Origin: Takakia lepidozioides
Taxonomy: Eukaryota; Plantae; Bryophyta
Direction: 5' to 3'
Assembly: GCA_030704615.1 (NCBI GenBank)
Contig: CM060733.1
Coordinates: 71,858,001-71,922,000, forward strand
Length of the DNA: 64,000 bases
A model generated the notes under the pieces. That model did no database searches, was not told the DNA's origin, and was given only the letters and a program-made list of their open reading frames with translations. This document shows positions 47,635-61,192 of this stretch, piece after piece (position 1 is the stretch's first letter; each line of letters begins with the position of its first letter). Position numbers and translations under genes: made by a program.

Positions 47635-50600
47635 CTACCCATGTGTTGTATCCCGCTGCAAAAGAGTATCGACCCCATTGAAACTCATAGTGGCCTGGTG
47701 AATGAAGTTGTCACGTTTGGGATCGCAAACCATCCTCCTCAAAAATATGAAATACAAATGTTTGCAGGGTATGAATTTACCTCTCTTGCCCAAACTGGTT
47801 GATAGCATATTCACAGAATCAGGACATGTGCAATTGGGGAAATTGGAAACCGTGATGTCGTAGGTCATGTCATGAACAACAGATGTGGAAGTGATGATTG
47901 TGAATACCCGACCATATCCTGGATCGGGTACTTCCGTGGTGCTTCCAACATGAGCTTGGAGCATTCTTGCGGACTCCACTTTGCCAAAGTGTTCAGCGGT
48001 TGGAGGGAAACGCCGAACGAGCTTTCCATCTCGTTTGGTTGGCCACAAGTCAGGATTTGCCGAGGGGACCCGGGAGGACGCAAAAGTAGTAGCACATGCA
48101 TGGAGATGGGGTTGTCTCGCAAGGGAAAAACCTGCCTCCTCCAGCATTTCAATCTCCTAAAAGCTGAGATGTGTTCCCACCTTCATGGGCCAAACGGTTG
48201 GAGGAGATGGCTTCATCATTACGGAAGGACGCACAGTTCCATGCACACATCTGGCACAATCATCTGCGCAGAACCAAAACTTGTGGTTCTTGGCTTCTGG
48301 TTGACCGTATGGACGCATCAAGCCCGTGAAAGTCGGAGCAGGAGTTTGGGCACCACCTCTGGATATAGATGAAGTGCACTTCTCGAAATTAGTTGCCCTG
48401 ATCGCTGTACATTTCACACGAGACCCTACACTTGTGCGTTCTATGTGCCAAACGTGGTCGGGGCATGCGGACTCAAGCACATCAAGGGGGTTGTTTCTCT
48501 CCTGCACCATTTCAGTGGCACTGTTTGATGCTGGAGCTTGCCGTCGTGTTGGAGGTTCCTTCACAATGGAGGTTCCGGACATGGAGCTGTCATGCAGGGG
48601 AACACGAGGCTTCGAGAAATTATCATGGTCTGCCCTGTGGGAATCTGAATCCGAACCAGGTGGAGTGTTCAATTTCCTCTTACAGGAGCCGAATCTCTCC
48701 TCCCCTTCAAGATGTGGAACTCTAGAAACAAGTGGCGTTCCCTGGGCATACATGCTCACCGCCCGTGCCATCTTGATTGGATCCCCAGATCTGTTTGCAG
48801 CACGCAACATCAACTCCCATTTGTCCGAACCCTTGCCACCAACCCCACCTCGTAAAAAATCATGGTATCGGGTTTGTTGTTGCAAGGCACATATCAAATC
48901 ATCTGTTGTTGCCACATACAAATCCCGACCTCGTTTCCCAGACTGCTGCAACCATGCGTTGTGCACAGTTTCTGCCAAATTGCAAGATGGCATGTCCGCC
49001 ATTTCCTCAATGGACATGTTCTACAAAGAGGATAACCACACTTCAGAACAGTGCACAGGAAACAACATAAAGAAAGCAATGAGTCAAAAATATGGAAAGC
49101 AAATGTATGAATAAAGCATGAAATAGAAGCCTCGTACCATTGTCATGGCTGCTCCCCACTGTCTATACCGGAAGTGCCAAAACGCCAGCCAATCTTCCAA
49201 TGCTCTCATACTCTCAAGTGATGCAGCTCCAGAAGAGAACCACCAGGCACGAATTGTCTGGAACAAAGTGTCCGCCTCCTTCATTGTTCTAGCATCTTTG
49301 TACTCTTTGCACAATTTACGGTGCTGAGTCTGCATCTCTGGTTTGATGTCCGACTTTATATGTTTTTCCAGAGATTGTGTCCAATGGAATAGACATGTAC
49401 GCTCTCTCCCTGGCATAGGCACTTTTGGGTCGCCCGATCCGAAGACAATACGAACAACATTGAAATTTGCTTGAGCACTATCCGCCATGAAACCTGCGAA
49501 ATTTGGAGATGGCAGCCCATGGCAGCCCATGACACGTATCAGGGAATTCCACATGAGCTTCTGGGATTCCGTATCCTCGGATTGCATGTCACAAACTGCA
49601 ATTGTCATAACTCGTTGGTTACATTGGATCGTAGACATGACAAGCCATTGTCGTCCAATCCTTCACTCGTTTCACATGATCAAACATAAGAAAATAGTTC
49701 TGCAAGTCCCCAATCTTCTGCATCCGCTTCACGAGGCTAACCCCACTGCCCTCCCCAACAGTCGACATTTTGAAAAGAAAAACTTTGATGGCACCTTGAC
49801 CTGGGAATACATTGTCCTGGATGTAATCGTACTTGCTCACTCGTTTCAATTCCAAATATTGTCTATGTAGCCTCTGATCCCAGAGCCCATTCTCAATGCA
49901 TTGATCTGATGCCGAATGTTCGGTGAACTTAAAGTGGAGAAATGATCCATGACCAGGTCCAATGCTGCACCGTCAAGTTTAGTCCCCACATAATCCCCTT
50001 CACTCAAAATATGGCTTTCCAAGAAGGACTTGCTTGCGCCAAGAGCAATTGCAGATGTTGTTGCGGATGGGTTTCTCCCGAACTCCTGTTTAATCAACCT
50101 CGATACTGTCTCAACACTCTCCCTGTAATCCCCCTTCGAGACAGGATGGTTATGGAATCCGAAATGCACACAAGCTCTTGTCATTGTTTTCAAACGGTGG
50201 ACAACATAGTACATTCTTGCTCCGCAGAGCGCCAAGCAGGATGGTACAAGTTTGCAGAATTTGCAGACAAAAGTGTTTGCCGGTGGAGGGGCAGTCCCAG
50301 GCTGAAATGGATTTTTCGCCAGACCCTCCCATTCGCTTTGATTATGAACCCCAGACTGAAGAAAGTGTCTGCAATTCAAATTATCACACCTAAGGTGTCT
50401 ATTGCAAACTGTCCTCCTAAAAACAAGCTTGTCATCAATCTGAATATTGGATGTTTTGTTTTGCACCACGGGTGCCCGTCGTGTTTCTTGTCCATTCCAT
50501 GCATCATGATTGTTACACCTCCAACTCGCGGAGGAGGAGGCAGCTCGAATAGGATATCGCCATCAAAAGTCTCCGGCAAGAACTTCACAGGCACCTGCTT

Positions 50601-50861
50601 CAAAGATTCCCAATCAATTCCCCGCAACTCACTTTTGAATCCAGCCATTCCTCCCATCGCTCGCAATTTTGGAATGACACTACAAATCTCTTCTTCATCA
50701 GCTTCTCCAACCACAATAGGAAGGACTGGATTTGGAATTTCACTTATGTCATCATCGGAAGAATCCAAAAGCTCAACGATTGGAGTGGAGGACGTCTGTT
50801 CTTTTTTCACCACCACCTCCCTCTTGTCTTCAACGACCGAAGCAGCAGTCCCGGGCGTCAC
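47635..50861 (-). pseudogene. Mutator-like transposase with GCM-like N-terminal zinc region and C-terminal SWIM finger; frameshifted and interrupted at its 5' end by an LTR
   Basis: DGHPW, CKFCK..CLALC...RACVHFGFHNHP; MFDHVKRV; VCDMQSED; FMADSAQAN; CLFH; CNLAETVHNAW (likely catalytic E); SWIM CTCPD...CKH. Confidence 0.85.
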
Positions 50862-51008
50862 ATATGACCCAAGGTATTGCGCACCTCACTTCGGTAAGCT
50901 CCCCTTCAAGTCATAGTTACTCGCTCTGATGCGCGCGCCTGACTCCCAACCTGGCCGCCGGGCCAACTTGGAGCTTCGGCTGCTCACCGGGACATAACGG
51001 TCCCAAGG

Positions 51009-51780
51009 TTGCAATGTGTGTGCAAACCTGGGAGCCCTGGAAAATGGGAAAGAGGTCCGTGGTGACATTGTCATAGCTGGAATTGCACCAGATTCATCCT
51101 GAACACTGCCCTGATGGACATATGCCAAATGTGGGTGGATCGAGGATGCGAAGGGAGTTTTCAACACTGTGGTTGAAAGAAATGTGGTGTCGTGGAACGC
51201 TATGCTTGCAGGGTATGCACAGCAGGGGCACGGGATGGAGGCTTTGGAGACCTATTAGAGTGTGTGTACAAAAGCATCCAAGAGGGCCAGATTTCAAGCA
51301 CAAGATTACCTATGATTTTGTCAATTAGCTCGTTAGCTCGGAGCAAGGATAGAGTGTGGGTCCAGATTCATCCAAGAGGCCAGATTTCAAGCACAAGAGT
51401 ACCTGTGAGATTCCATGTGGATCGATAGCTACAAGAAACCTGCATGGGTAGATGGTCAACTGGAAGCCGCAGAAGCAGCGGCACAATTGATAAAATCAGG
51501 CATGCTAATCAAGGCACCTTCTTCAACACATTTCACCCAGTTTTTCCCTCACAACAAGAAAGCAGCCAAAAATAGGTAACAGGGATGAGGAGAAGCTGTG
51601 GAATGAATACTTTTCTGACCACATAACTTTTGTGTGCGTGTGCAAGCCTGACAGCCCTGGAAAAGGGCAAAGAGGTCCATGGTTGCATCATCAAAGCTAG
51701 AAATGTACCAAATATAATTCTGAACAATACCCTTGTGGACATGTATGCCAAATGTGGAGGGAGTGTTCAACATTATGGCT
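51009..51780 (+). pseudogene. PPR gene fragments lying inside the chromovirus 3' LTR
   Basis: Translates to CNVCANLGALENGKEVRGDIVIAG..., VVSWNAMLAGYAQQG, ILNNTLVDMYAKCG; similar to 42700-45400 in the opposite orientation. Confidence 0.8.
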
Positions 51781-53205
51781 GAATCTGCCTGTTTTGCCCT
51801 CTCATCAGACTTGGCCCTGAGATGCATATTGAATTCTGTAAGTTAGCTTTGGTCGCTTTCCGGCTCGCTCGCTTACTCACTAGTTTTTGGTCACCAACGG
51901 GCTTGCACCGTTCTCGGGGTCACTACTCCCCTTATTTATACTTCTGTAGCTGTCCGCGGGGGTTTCACAACCAGCCATGCCATTTTTGGCGAACCACCAC
52001 GAAAAACCCTCGACTCCCGGTGGTGAGTCGCGGTGAGTCTTGGCCCACTCACCACGGCCCCTATGGACCGTGATGAGTCCCAAGACTCCCCACGACTCCC
52101 ACCACGAGGTCTCCGCCCCCATGGTGAGTCCTATGCCACCCCCACTAAGTCCCTCTAAGCTACCACCACCCCTTGTGGAGCCACCCCCACCGCAACCCGG
52201 TGTGCGGGGCTCCACCTAGTGAGCGCCTCCGCCTCCTTGAGTGCCTTGGGCACTCAAGGGTGCTTCAACCCCCCGTACCTATCGCTGCCGCTGCCCCCAC
52301 CACAGGGGCAGCCCCTCATGTGTCCCGACCCCCCTTGCCCTCAAGGCAAAGGGCCGCGACACACACCCCTACCACCAGGGAGTCGATGTCCTCATCGACT
52401 TGTCCATTTTGTAGAAACGACATCCAAGTTGTGGGCGTCCCACATCAAGGAGTTTGTTTCCGCACCATGGCGTCCCATGGCAAAGAACCAACCCCACACT
52501 TGACTCTACTCTCCACTAGCTAGTTCGGCCGACTTCCTCCAAGTCCCGGCCAAGGGTGGAGCCCTCCAGCTCCTCCCAGTGCACTCTTCTTGGCCTACTT
52601 CAAGGCCAAGGAACGATCCTCCCCGAGGATCGAATCGCCTTACTGCAACAACATTGCTTGCGACCGCTCATGATGCCGCTTTTGGCATCACCTTGAGCAA
52701 GGGTTTCCCTGGAACCCTCTTTGACTAGGAAGATAACCTTGAACCAACCGTGCGCCCCAATCACTACAATTGGGTCCGCCTTGGAATGCTGGCCTGAGGT
52801 ACGGGAACACGCCAAAGCCGCACTACGACTTCGTCCCGAGGCTACACGATTATAGTACGTGAACGGAAACACGTGGCTTCCGCGTTAGCCCGCACTACAA
52901 GGCAACCCCCTCGGTAGCGCAGTTATAGTACGCGCACGCGCCAGGTGCGCACTAGCACGTGAACTCCAAAGAAGGCGCAAGTTTCCTTGCCCCTCGGATG
53001 GGGGTCACCCGATTTCGGCACTACGCAAACACACGATTAACCCAATTTACCTCTCCCACTTTTATAAGCTAGCATGCATTCTACACACTAGCCAACCATA
53101 CCATGCATCACCATTCCAAACAAAATAGGACGCACAACATTTGGAAGCCATTTCATTTATAGCACGTTTTGTACAATACAAAGTTTTTGCAATCAGATTC
53201 CTAAG

Positions 53206-55235
53206 CTAGCTAAGCCGGGCTAAGCATGCATTTCCTCCCCCACGCTCCAAGGTTGATGTCCCCATCAACGCTTCTTCCGTTTTGAGGTCGCCCTTCGAAA
53301 GCTGCAACCGCCTCGGATGCGTTTCCCATTTCTGAGGCACGCACCCAAGATGCCTCCACATGATGATAGCCTTCCATTTGACGAGATACTCCGTTTCTCG
53401 GTTCTTGAACCTCGACTTAAGTATTGCCTCCACCTCGTACTCAGGTTCATTTTCATGATCCAACAGCATAGGTGGCGGACGCAACACTTGATGCCGATTC
53501 GGACGCACTTCATCTTTGAAGTAAGGCTTCAAAAGAGAGACATGGAATACTGGGTGCACCTTGCTGTTTGCCGGCAGCTCCAATTCATACACATCCTCAT
53601 TCATAACCTTCCGAATGCGAAAGGTCCCGCATACGGAGGTACGAACTTCGGACTCACTTCCGGAGGTAGTCGGAAATTCTTGATGTTCAACCAGACCTCT
53701 GTGCCTGCCTCAAACTTCACTTCCCTCCGCTTCCGATTCGCCTGCCTTTCATACCGTTTCCTAGCTTTGGCAATGTTGTACTTTGCGAGCTTCAACAAAC
53801 GCTCGCGTTCTTCCAGTATCGCCACTACTGCCGGTTCCTCAACGTCCTGGGCGGCCCAACTTGTCGGCACCAGGGGTGCTTTTCCATAGACCAATACGAA
53901 AGGGGAAACTCCCGTTGCGGAGTGTTCTGTGTTATTATAACAGAACTGTGCCGCGTCTAAGTGTTCCACCCAGTCTGTTTGGTCTGCCGACACGTAATTC
54001 CGCAGGATCTGTTTCACTACGGAATTCACTCTTCTGTTTGGCCGTCGGTCGTAGGTCGGAAGGCGGTGCTCATCTTCAGCCTCGTCCCCATCTTCTTCCA
54101 AAGTGCCCTCAAAAATTTACTCGTAAACTTTGGATCGCGGTCCGAGACAATATCCTTCGGGACTCCATGATGCTTTAAGACGTGGGCGAAGCAAAGTCGC
54201 CCTGTTTCCTGCGCCGTTGCTGTCTCCTTGGTGGGGATGAAATGGCCCATTTTATTGAACCTATCCACCACCACCATGATTGCATCGAATCCTTTGACAG
54301 CGGCATAGCAGTCATGAAATCCATCGAGACGCTTTCCCAAGTCCCCTCTGGAATCGGCAAGGGTTGTAACAGCCCCCGCTTGCTTTTTGTACTCGCTCCC
54401 GTTTTGTTGGCATGTGGTGCATGTCTTGACATACTCCTCTGCCTCCTCCCTCAGTTTGGGCCAGAAATACTCTTTCTTCAAGAGTGCCGCAGTGCGTTGG
54501 CTCCGCCGTGGCCCGCAAGCGGGCTATCATGGCATTCTCTCAAGAGACTATCTCTGATCCCTCCCTTCGGCACGTAGAGACGCTTTTGCTTATACCGGAG
54601 CAGTCCATTTTGCAAGTGAAACTGCGATTTACCCCCATCCTCAAGTCCTGCATCACGGACTTCGCCAGCTCATCCTTCCGGCAAGCCTTCCGGATCTTCC
54701 TTTGGAGCGCCGTCTCGCCCTTGTACACCAACAAGAGCTGCTGCTTTCTACTTAAAGCATCGGCCACCACGTTGTCTCGTCCCGGTTTGTACTGGATATC
54801 CACGTCGAACACCGCCAAAGTATCTTGCCACCTAAGTTGTTTTGGGGACAACTTGGGCTGCGTGGCAAAATACTTCACCGTGACATTGTCCGTGAACACC
54901 TTCACTGGGTTGGAACCAACATAGTGGCGCCAAAGCTCAAGACAGTGCACCACCGCCTTCATCTCTTTCTCGTGCGTCGGCCACCGTCGCTCCACTTCAT
55001 TTAGTTTCTTACTTTCGTAAGCCACTGGACGTCCATCTTGCATCAGTACACCCCCAATCGCAAAGTCTGACGCATCTGTATGTATCTCGAACGGACGATC
55101 GAACTCCGGGGATTTTCAAGACTGGAGCTTCCGCCATCCGCTGCTTCAATTCAGCAAAAGCTTGGCCACAAAAGGTGTTCCATGCCCAGACTTTAGATTT
55201 ACACAGAAGGTCTGACAGCGGCCCCGCAATACCCC
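53206..55235 (-). pseudogene. pol remnant (RT end, RNase H, integrase, chromodomain), frameshifted
   Basis: RPVAYESKKL, NVVADALSR, WESVSMDF, IVSDRDPKFTSKF, YAGPF, VHPVFHVSLLKPY, EYEVEAILKSR...YLVKWK. Confidence 0.9.
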
Positions 55236-58200
55236 GCTCTGATACCAAGTGTCGCGCACCTCACTTCGGTAAGCTCCCCTTCAAGTCATAGTTACTCGCT
55301 CTGATACCAAGTGTCGCGCACCTCACTTCGGTAAGCTCCTCTTCAAGTCATAGTTACTCGCTCTGATGCGCGCGCCTGACTCCCAACCTGGCCGCCGGGC
55401 CAACTTGGAGCTTCGGCTGCTCACCGGGACATAACGGTCCCCCTTCGCTCCCCCACTAAACCCTCCACCTCTTTGGGCCTAGTGGTTGGCTAGTGGAATT
55501 CCCTTTGGTAGTTGGCAGTCCGGAACAGCTCCTCACTCTTTGGTCGCTTTCCGACTCGCTCGCTTACTCATAGTTTTTGGTCACCACGGGCTTGCACCAT
55601 TCTCGGGGTCACTACTCCCTTTATTTATACTTCTGTAGCTGTCCGCGGGGGTTTCACAACCAGCCATGCCATTTTATGGCGAACCACCACGAAAACCCTC
55701 GACTCCGGTGGTGAGTCGCGGTGAGTCTTGGCCCACTCACCACGGCCCCTATGGACCGTGATGAGTCCCAAGACTCCCCACGACTCCCACCACGAGGTCT
55801 CCGCCCCCATGGTGGTCCCTATGCCACCCCCACTAAGTCCCTCTAAGCTACCACCACCCCTTGTGGAGCCACCCCCACCGCAACCGGTGTGCGGGGGCTC
55901 CACCTTGAGCGCCTCCGCCTCCTTGAGTGCCTTGGGCACTCAAGGGTGCTTCAGCCCCCCGTACCTATCGCTGCCGCTGCCCCCACCACAGGGGCAGCCC
56001 CTCATGTGTCCCGACCCCCCCTGCCCTCATGGCAAAGGGCCGCGACACAAGGGACTTTCGCCGAGGCTCTCTCAAGTACTCTGTATCGGACCAGGACGCA
56101 CTCTCCACTGGCTGATATGAGCCGTCTCATCACGGTTTGGAAAGAGTATTTCAACAACTTCCCTTTAAGATCGTACACCTCTTTCTCCAAAAAGATGGAG
56201 CCATTCTGCAGCTTGTAAACGGGTAGCCAAGACATGTTCCAGAACAATTGCAAATCCATTGTCAAGGACTTCCTCCGGGAGAACGACACTGGTTTGTCGT
56301 CAGAGAGAAGAACTCCGCTTCAGAGGAAGCCATCTTCCTTCCTCACGTACGTTTGTACCTTGCTATCGCAGATCTAGTGTAAATCGGTTTACTGATGTCT
56401 CCAGAACACAATTGAAGAATGAGCAGAGAATATGGCGGAGGAAGCTCAGACAACGACTGTGCATATTATGTTATTCTTTCAGATATTGCAGCCGTCCATT
56501 TGAATTATTTTCTTGTGGGCCCAGGGGAAGAGTGAGTATCCCTGGAGCAGTCGGCAGATTTTTAATTATAGTTTGTGTAGTAGCTAAAGTGTCAGTAATT
56601 ACAAAGCATGTGTTCGGCAGCTGGTAAAACGTTAACCATAACCTCATCAATAAAACCCCTATAACAAAGGACTTCCGGAGCATTGCCACAGATTAAGGAT
56701 GGATGCAGAATTAAGTAATGTACTTTATTACTACCAATGATCATGCGCACCTGGAAAGTTCCAAATGTGTGAAACGAATGTGGGGTTTGGCTAAAAAGGA
56801 TGACCGTGTATGATATTCCAAGATTTGTCATCAACACTCCGTTCAGTTACATTTTTTTTTGTGTAAGACTGTGCGCCAAGATTTCTGGGATTTCGCTGTT
56901 ATTTTTAAATATTGAAACGTTCTAAAAAAGAACACGCCGCGTTATTTTGGGGGACACACGTCAGACATCCATAACTGAATACGAACAGCTGTGTACACCA
57001 ATTGCTGGCATGTGCACTAATAAGGGAAACGACTATGTGTAACGGTCAGGCGAGAGGGAATCCGATGCTTCTAGAGACACGCAAGCAAGAACGTAGGCAA
57101 TCCCGCAAGAAATCGGGAGGTCAGTCACTGCGTTTTTCTACTTTTCGCGCTTAGAGAGAGAGTGGTAGTCAAGCTGGAGATGGTTCCTTCTACAATACGA
57201 AAGAGAAGAAAGTCTCTTTTTTTTACTTCCCTTAGAGAGAGACGTTAGTAGAGCAATTTTAGAGAGCAAATGAGAGAGGCGTCGTTTGTTGGAGAACATA
57301 GGGCCAAGGCAGCAGGTGAACGCAGAGACTGATTCAGAGAGCAGACGGAGACTGAGACAGCGGCTGTGTTGTGACACAGTCGGCAATAAGAGTGCGCCAG
57401 CCTGTGGAGGGCAGAGATGATTCGCATAGACACTGAAGGAGGTGGAAGGAGGTGGAAGCACGCGGAACGCCGAAACCGCCGAACCGGGAGAAGGTCCACA
57501 AAGAAACCCTAGATAGAGCAGACAGAAATCCAGCAGATGTGAGAGGGAGAGGAAAAGCTGCAGAATGCAGAAGAGGGGATCCAATTTTCAAAACCTAAGA
57601 AGGCGCCAATAAGTTTTATCTAACTTACACATTTAGATTGTTTAGAAGATATGCGTAGAGAAATTGAGTGGAATTGTCCCAGACAGGGATTGTCGCTACC
57701 GACCATCACAAAGGTGATTGCTTTCTACTCCTCTGCTAAGGGTTTACCGCACAATGAGTGGATGACTATCGGGCACAGTCATTCACTGTTGTTCCAATCA
57801 TACAGTCTGTCTGATTGCCTTTCAAGGAGTCCTTCCTCTTCCCTTCTTTAGCAGGAACTAATGAATTGCGAGCGTCGTTAACGCCATTCGATTCTCCTCA
57901 TGAGATTTGTATGTACCTATGTGTTTGAAGAGAGAGTGAGGGTCGGACCATCATACCGTCAATCATCGTTGTTCAGACCATATAGTCTGTCTGATTGCCT
58001 TTCAAGCAGTCCTTCCTCTTTCCATGCTTGCGAGGTAATCACTGTGGAGTCAATCTGAATAATCTGCACTGCACTACTGTCCGCCCTAAACCTATACTGA
58101 ATGTCGTTGCGCAATCACTTGCACATAGATGTCATTACACAACACACAATCCCGGCAGGTCGTTATCTTTTGGATTGTCGTTAACGCCGTTCGCTATCGC

Positions 58201-58477
58201 TCTCGCTTGTTTGTTTTGATACGGCAGCAGTATCAGCTTGCTTGTGTAGATTGTGCTGAATTGTTTCACACCATCATAGTGAGTTTTTGAGCAGAGAGTG
58301 ATGGTCGTTACCGCCATTCACTATTGCAAATTACTTCGTCAGAACTGAATGGCATAGTGCAGAAAAACTGTGAGGCGAAGCCTACAGGATCAGAGGGGAA
58401 GGATCTGGAGATGGGGACGAGTCCGCAAAAAGCTCAGAGAATACAGATGAAGCAGATGAATCTGAAGGTGCACTACC

Positions 58478-59900
58478 TTGACAAGTGAAGATGAAAGAAC
58501 TCATGTCATTCCAGAAGGTAAACTCTCAGGAGGTTATAAGGGACATGCTCGTATCTGGAGGGCGTCTGGACATCCCTCTGCGCCGCGGATGATATCAATG
58601 CTTGTTGTGCGTCCACCTCTTTCCCATGACATAACAAATTGGAGAGTGATTTTGTGCATGGATATAGACTTGGTGCAAGTTTTTTATTTGTCACTGACGG
58701 ATATAAATGGGAAAGCACATAGTGTCTCCAGAGATCAGTGAGTGATAACTGGGATGAGTGCTGGAAAAGATGCCAATGAGGAGTTCGAGCTGGGCCTCAT
58801 GATGGGAAAGAACACCCAGCAATCTGCAACCACATGTTCTACGTCTGGGACGGCAACCACCGATTGCTGGCAGGGATGGGATACATTCAGAAACACCGCG
58901 AAAGACAAAGACAAGCATGTTGCTGTGGAGACAATGATTTGGATCCTGGAAAACGGAAACGACATCGCTAGGCTTCTTACAGCTATGCACGACACGGACG
59001 TGAACAAAAATAAGTCATTCAGGAGAGGGATTCATCCTTCTGTAGTGTCTTATTAATCCTCAAAAAACAGTGTTAAGAATGCAACGTTTCCAATGTTTTG
59101 CAGATCGACAGAGAAAGAAATCGCATGTGACAACAAGCTTGTTTCACACACTATTCCGAATTCAGAGGATTGGTCTGATGAAGCTGGATGATTTTCGGAC
59201 AGTACTACCACCCAATATCATCAAGAAGTGCGAAAACAGGAAGAGCGGCAGGCACTTGGTATTCTTGACACGAGAGGCGTTTCTGGAGTACATGTATGCG
59301 GGTAAGCCCGAGTCTGTACTCTGTTTACTTTTCGAATACATGTTTGTAGTCCCTTCGGAGCTAATCACACTGAAATAATTGAACCAGCAAGCAAGAAACT
59401 GGCAGAAGAAGCAGAAGCAAGATAAGAAGGGCAAATCCGAATATTACCGCCACTACACCAGAGGAACTAAGGAACAAGGAAGCTGCAAGAAAGAAGGGTG
59501 TGGAAGTGAAGCATAAAGAAGGAGTTTGAAATGCAAGAATCAAATTGATGTCCGCCTTCGGAAAGCAGCTTAGAATTAGTAGATCCTGGACTTGGCTCTG
59601 TCCTCAGTCCAGATCAGCAAAACACACTATGACAAGCATGTGCATCCGGAGATGCAAGCATGGAAGCAGGAGAAAGAAATTGCACCGGCTGGCCATATCG
59701 ATGGTTCGACCCACAAACAAAAAATAAGGTGTGGAGATATGGAACTCAGATCAAACAGTAAAGGACTTGAATCAGTCCCAAAGAGCACCATACAGCCTTG
59801 GCACAAAGGTGGAAGGAATCAGTGATTGGTGTGTGTTGTATAACTGGCTCCACAGGCTACATTTTTGGAGTCAGTGTTGTGTATTCAAACATGCCGTTTT
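58478..59900 (+). pseudogene. Divergent homologue of the ParB/Srx-like gene, heavily frameshifted
   Basis: RMISMLVVRPPLSHDI / GYRLGA / FYLSLTDING / HMFYVWDGNHRLLA (58831-58872) align with RLVSLQVVRPALPGDI / GYRMGS / FYVSIENDHG / MFYVWDGNHRLLA. The 3' boundary is uncertain. Confidence 0.7.
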
Positions 59901-60276
59901 CTTCTCTTCAAGTATGTGATGAGTATCTTATTTGCAATTCTGACAAATATACATTTGCAGCTTGAGAAAAACGCGCCCCGTCATTGGCGGTGGATCAGAC
60001 TTGGAAGGACCTGAACATTTCGATGGTTTCCCCTCCCCAAATGTCATTGGAGGCATACATAAGGAAGTGGAGAGGTCTCACCTGGAGATACTGTTTTTTC
60101 CGGGAGTTCTCCAAAGATGGTAACATTTTACGGTTCCAACGACTTTGACAGTCAGTTGGAGGAGAGTGGGCCATGATACGAGTTGTGTACAGGTTGGCAA
60201 TGTTATATACTTGAAACTCTACTGTTTTTTGGGAAAAAATGTGGCTTCATAAGGATGGCATTCATAGATCAAGATT

Positions 60277-61027
60277 GATGTCGTTGACGACATTCACTTC
60301 TTTGTCTGAGTCATTGCTTATAGCGAGTATATGAATTCACCTGGTTCGGATCTAGGGGGTGTAAGTATGGTGTCTAGGTCCCTGATTAGAATGATAATGT
60401 CCTTGATGTTTGAATTGTGTTGACGACATTCACATCCGGAGTTTTGAGTTTGAGAGGTCCTCATAGTTATGTAAATTTTTGTAATGTCCATAGAGGTTAC
60501 AGTGAGGGTTCCTCACTTCATTTTGCTGAATGTCAATGCAGACATTTAGTGGTTTGCATTGTTTTTTGCCTCTTGCGAGGAATCTGGAGGCTTGATAAGC
60601 TCTTATGAGAAATCCAAATGTGAATGTCGTTGACGACATTCACTCTGTGTCTGTTGTTATATCACCACGACAATTCGAATTTACATGGATTGGTGAAGCT
60701 GAAGTAATTGCTAAGTAATTGGTTCTTGTGGTCTTTTTTGAATAGCGTTGAGCCATTCACATACAGTGTTGTTGTGAGGTTCTCAGTGATATGTTCGTTA
60801 TGAATGTGCATTGAGTTTCCTGGAGGGTTCCTTACTCGGTTATGATTTCCATCATGTGATTTTGCTTCATTTAAGGAATAATTAGGCTTGATTGGTGAAT
60901 GTCGTTGACGACATTCACTTATATGTCTGTGTCATTCAAAAACGATAGTTTGCATTCACCTGGATTAGGGTGTTGTATTTACAGTATCATTGAATGGAAT
61001 GTTTTGAATGGCGTTGACGACATTCAC
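60277..61027. repeat. Six dispersed copies of the 24-bp palindrome GTGAATGTCGT-TG-ACGACATTCAC
   Basis: Perfect at 60620-60643 and 60895-60918; variants near 60277, 60411, 60739 and 61005. Confidence 0.85.
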
Positions 61028-61192
61028 ATCTGCAGCATCGTGTGGTCCTGAAAGGTCCTTGGAGCAGTTCTCAGAGCAATTTCAATCTAGTTTTTTTTAT
61101 TCTGTTCTACTTGCATCTTACTCATTGAGCGTTTTGTGGGTTGGGATTTATCTCCTTTTTCAGGTACACGAAATATGTGTTATGGAAGGAAA

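Larger units (their letters stand above)
50875..56049 (-). mobile_element. Internally deleted chromovirus-type Ty3/Gypsy retrotransposon
   Basis: 3' LTR 50875-53230 (interrupted), PPT GGGGGAGGAAA at ~53231-53241, truncated 5' LTR 55250-56049, tRNA-Met PBS TGGTATCAGAGC at 55236-55247; RNase H, integrase, GPF motif and chromodomain fragments. Confidence 0.9.

Noticed and set aside
48326-50916. Long plus-strand ORFs (48326-49114, 49942-50916)
   Set aside because: They are antisense shadows of the MULE transposase reading frames.
60277-61027. CRISPR-like 24-bp palindromic repeats with non-identical spacers
   Set aside because: The intervals are long and irregular (110-210 bp) and show residual higher-order similarity; there are no cas genes.
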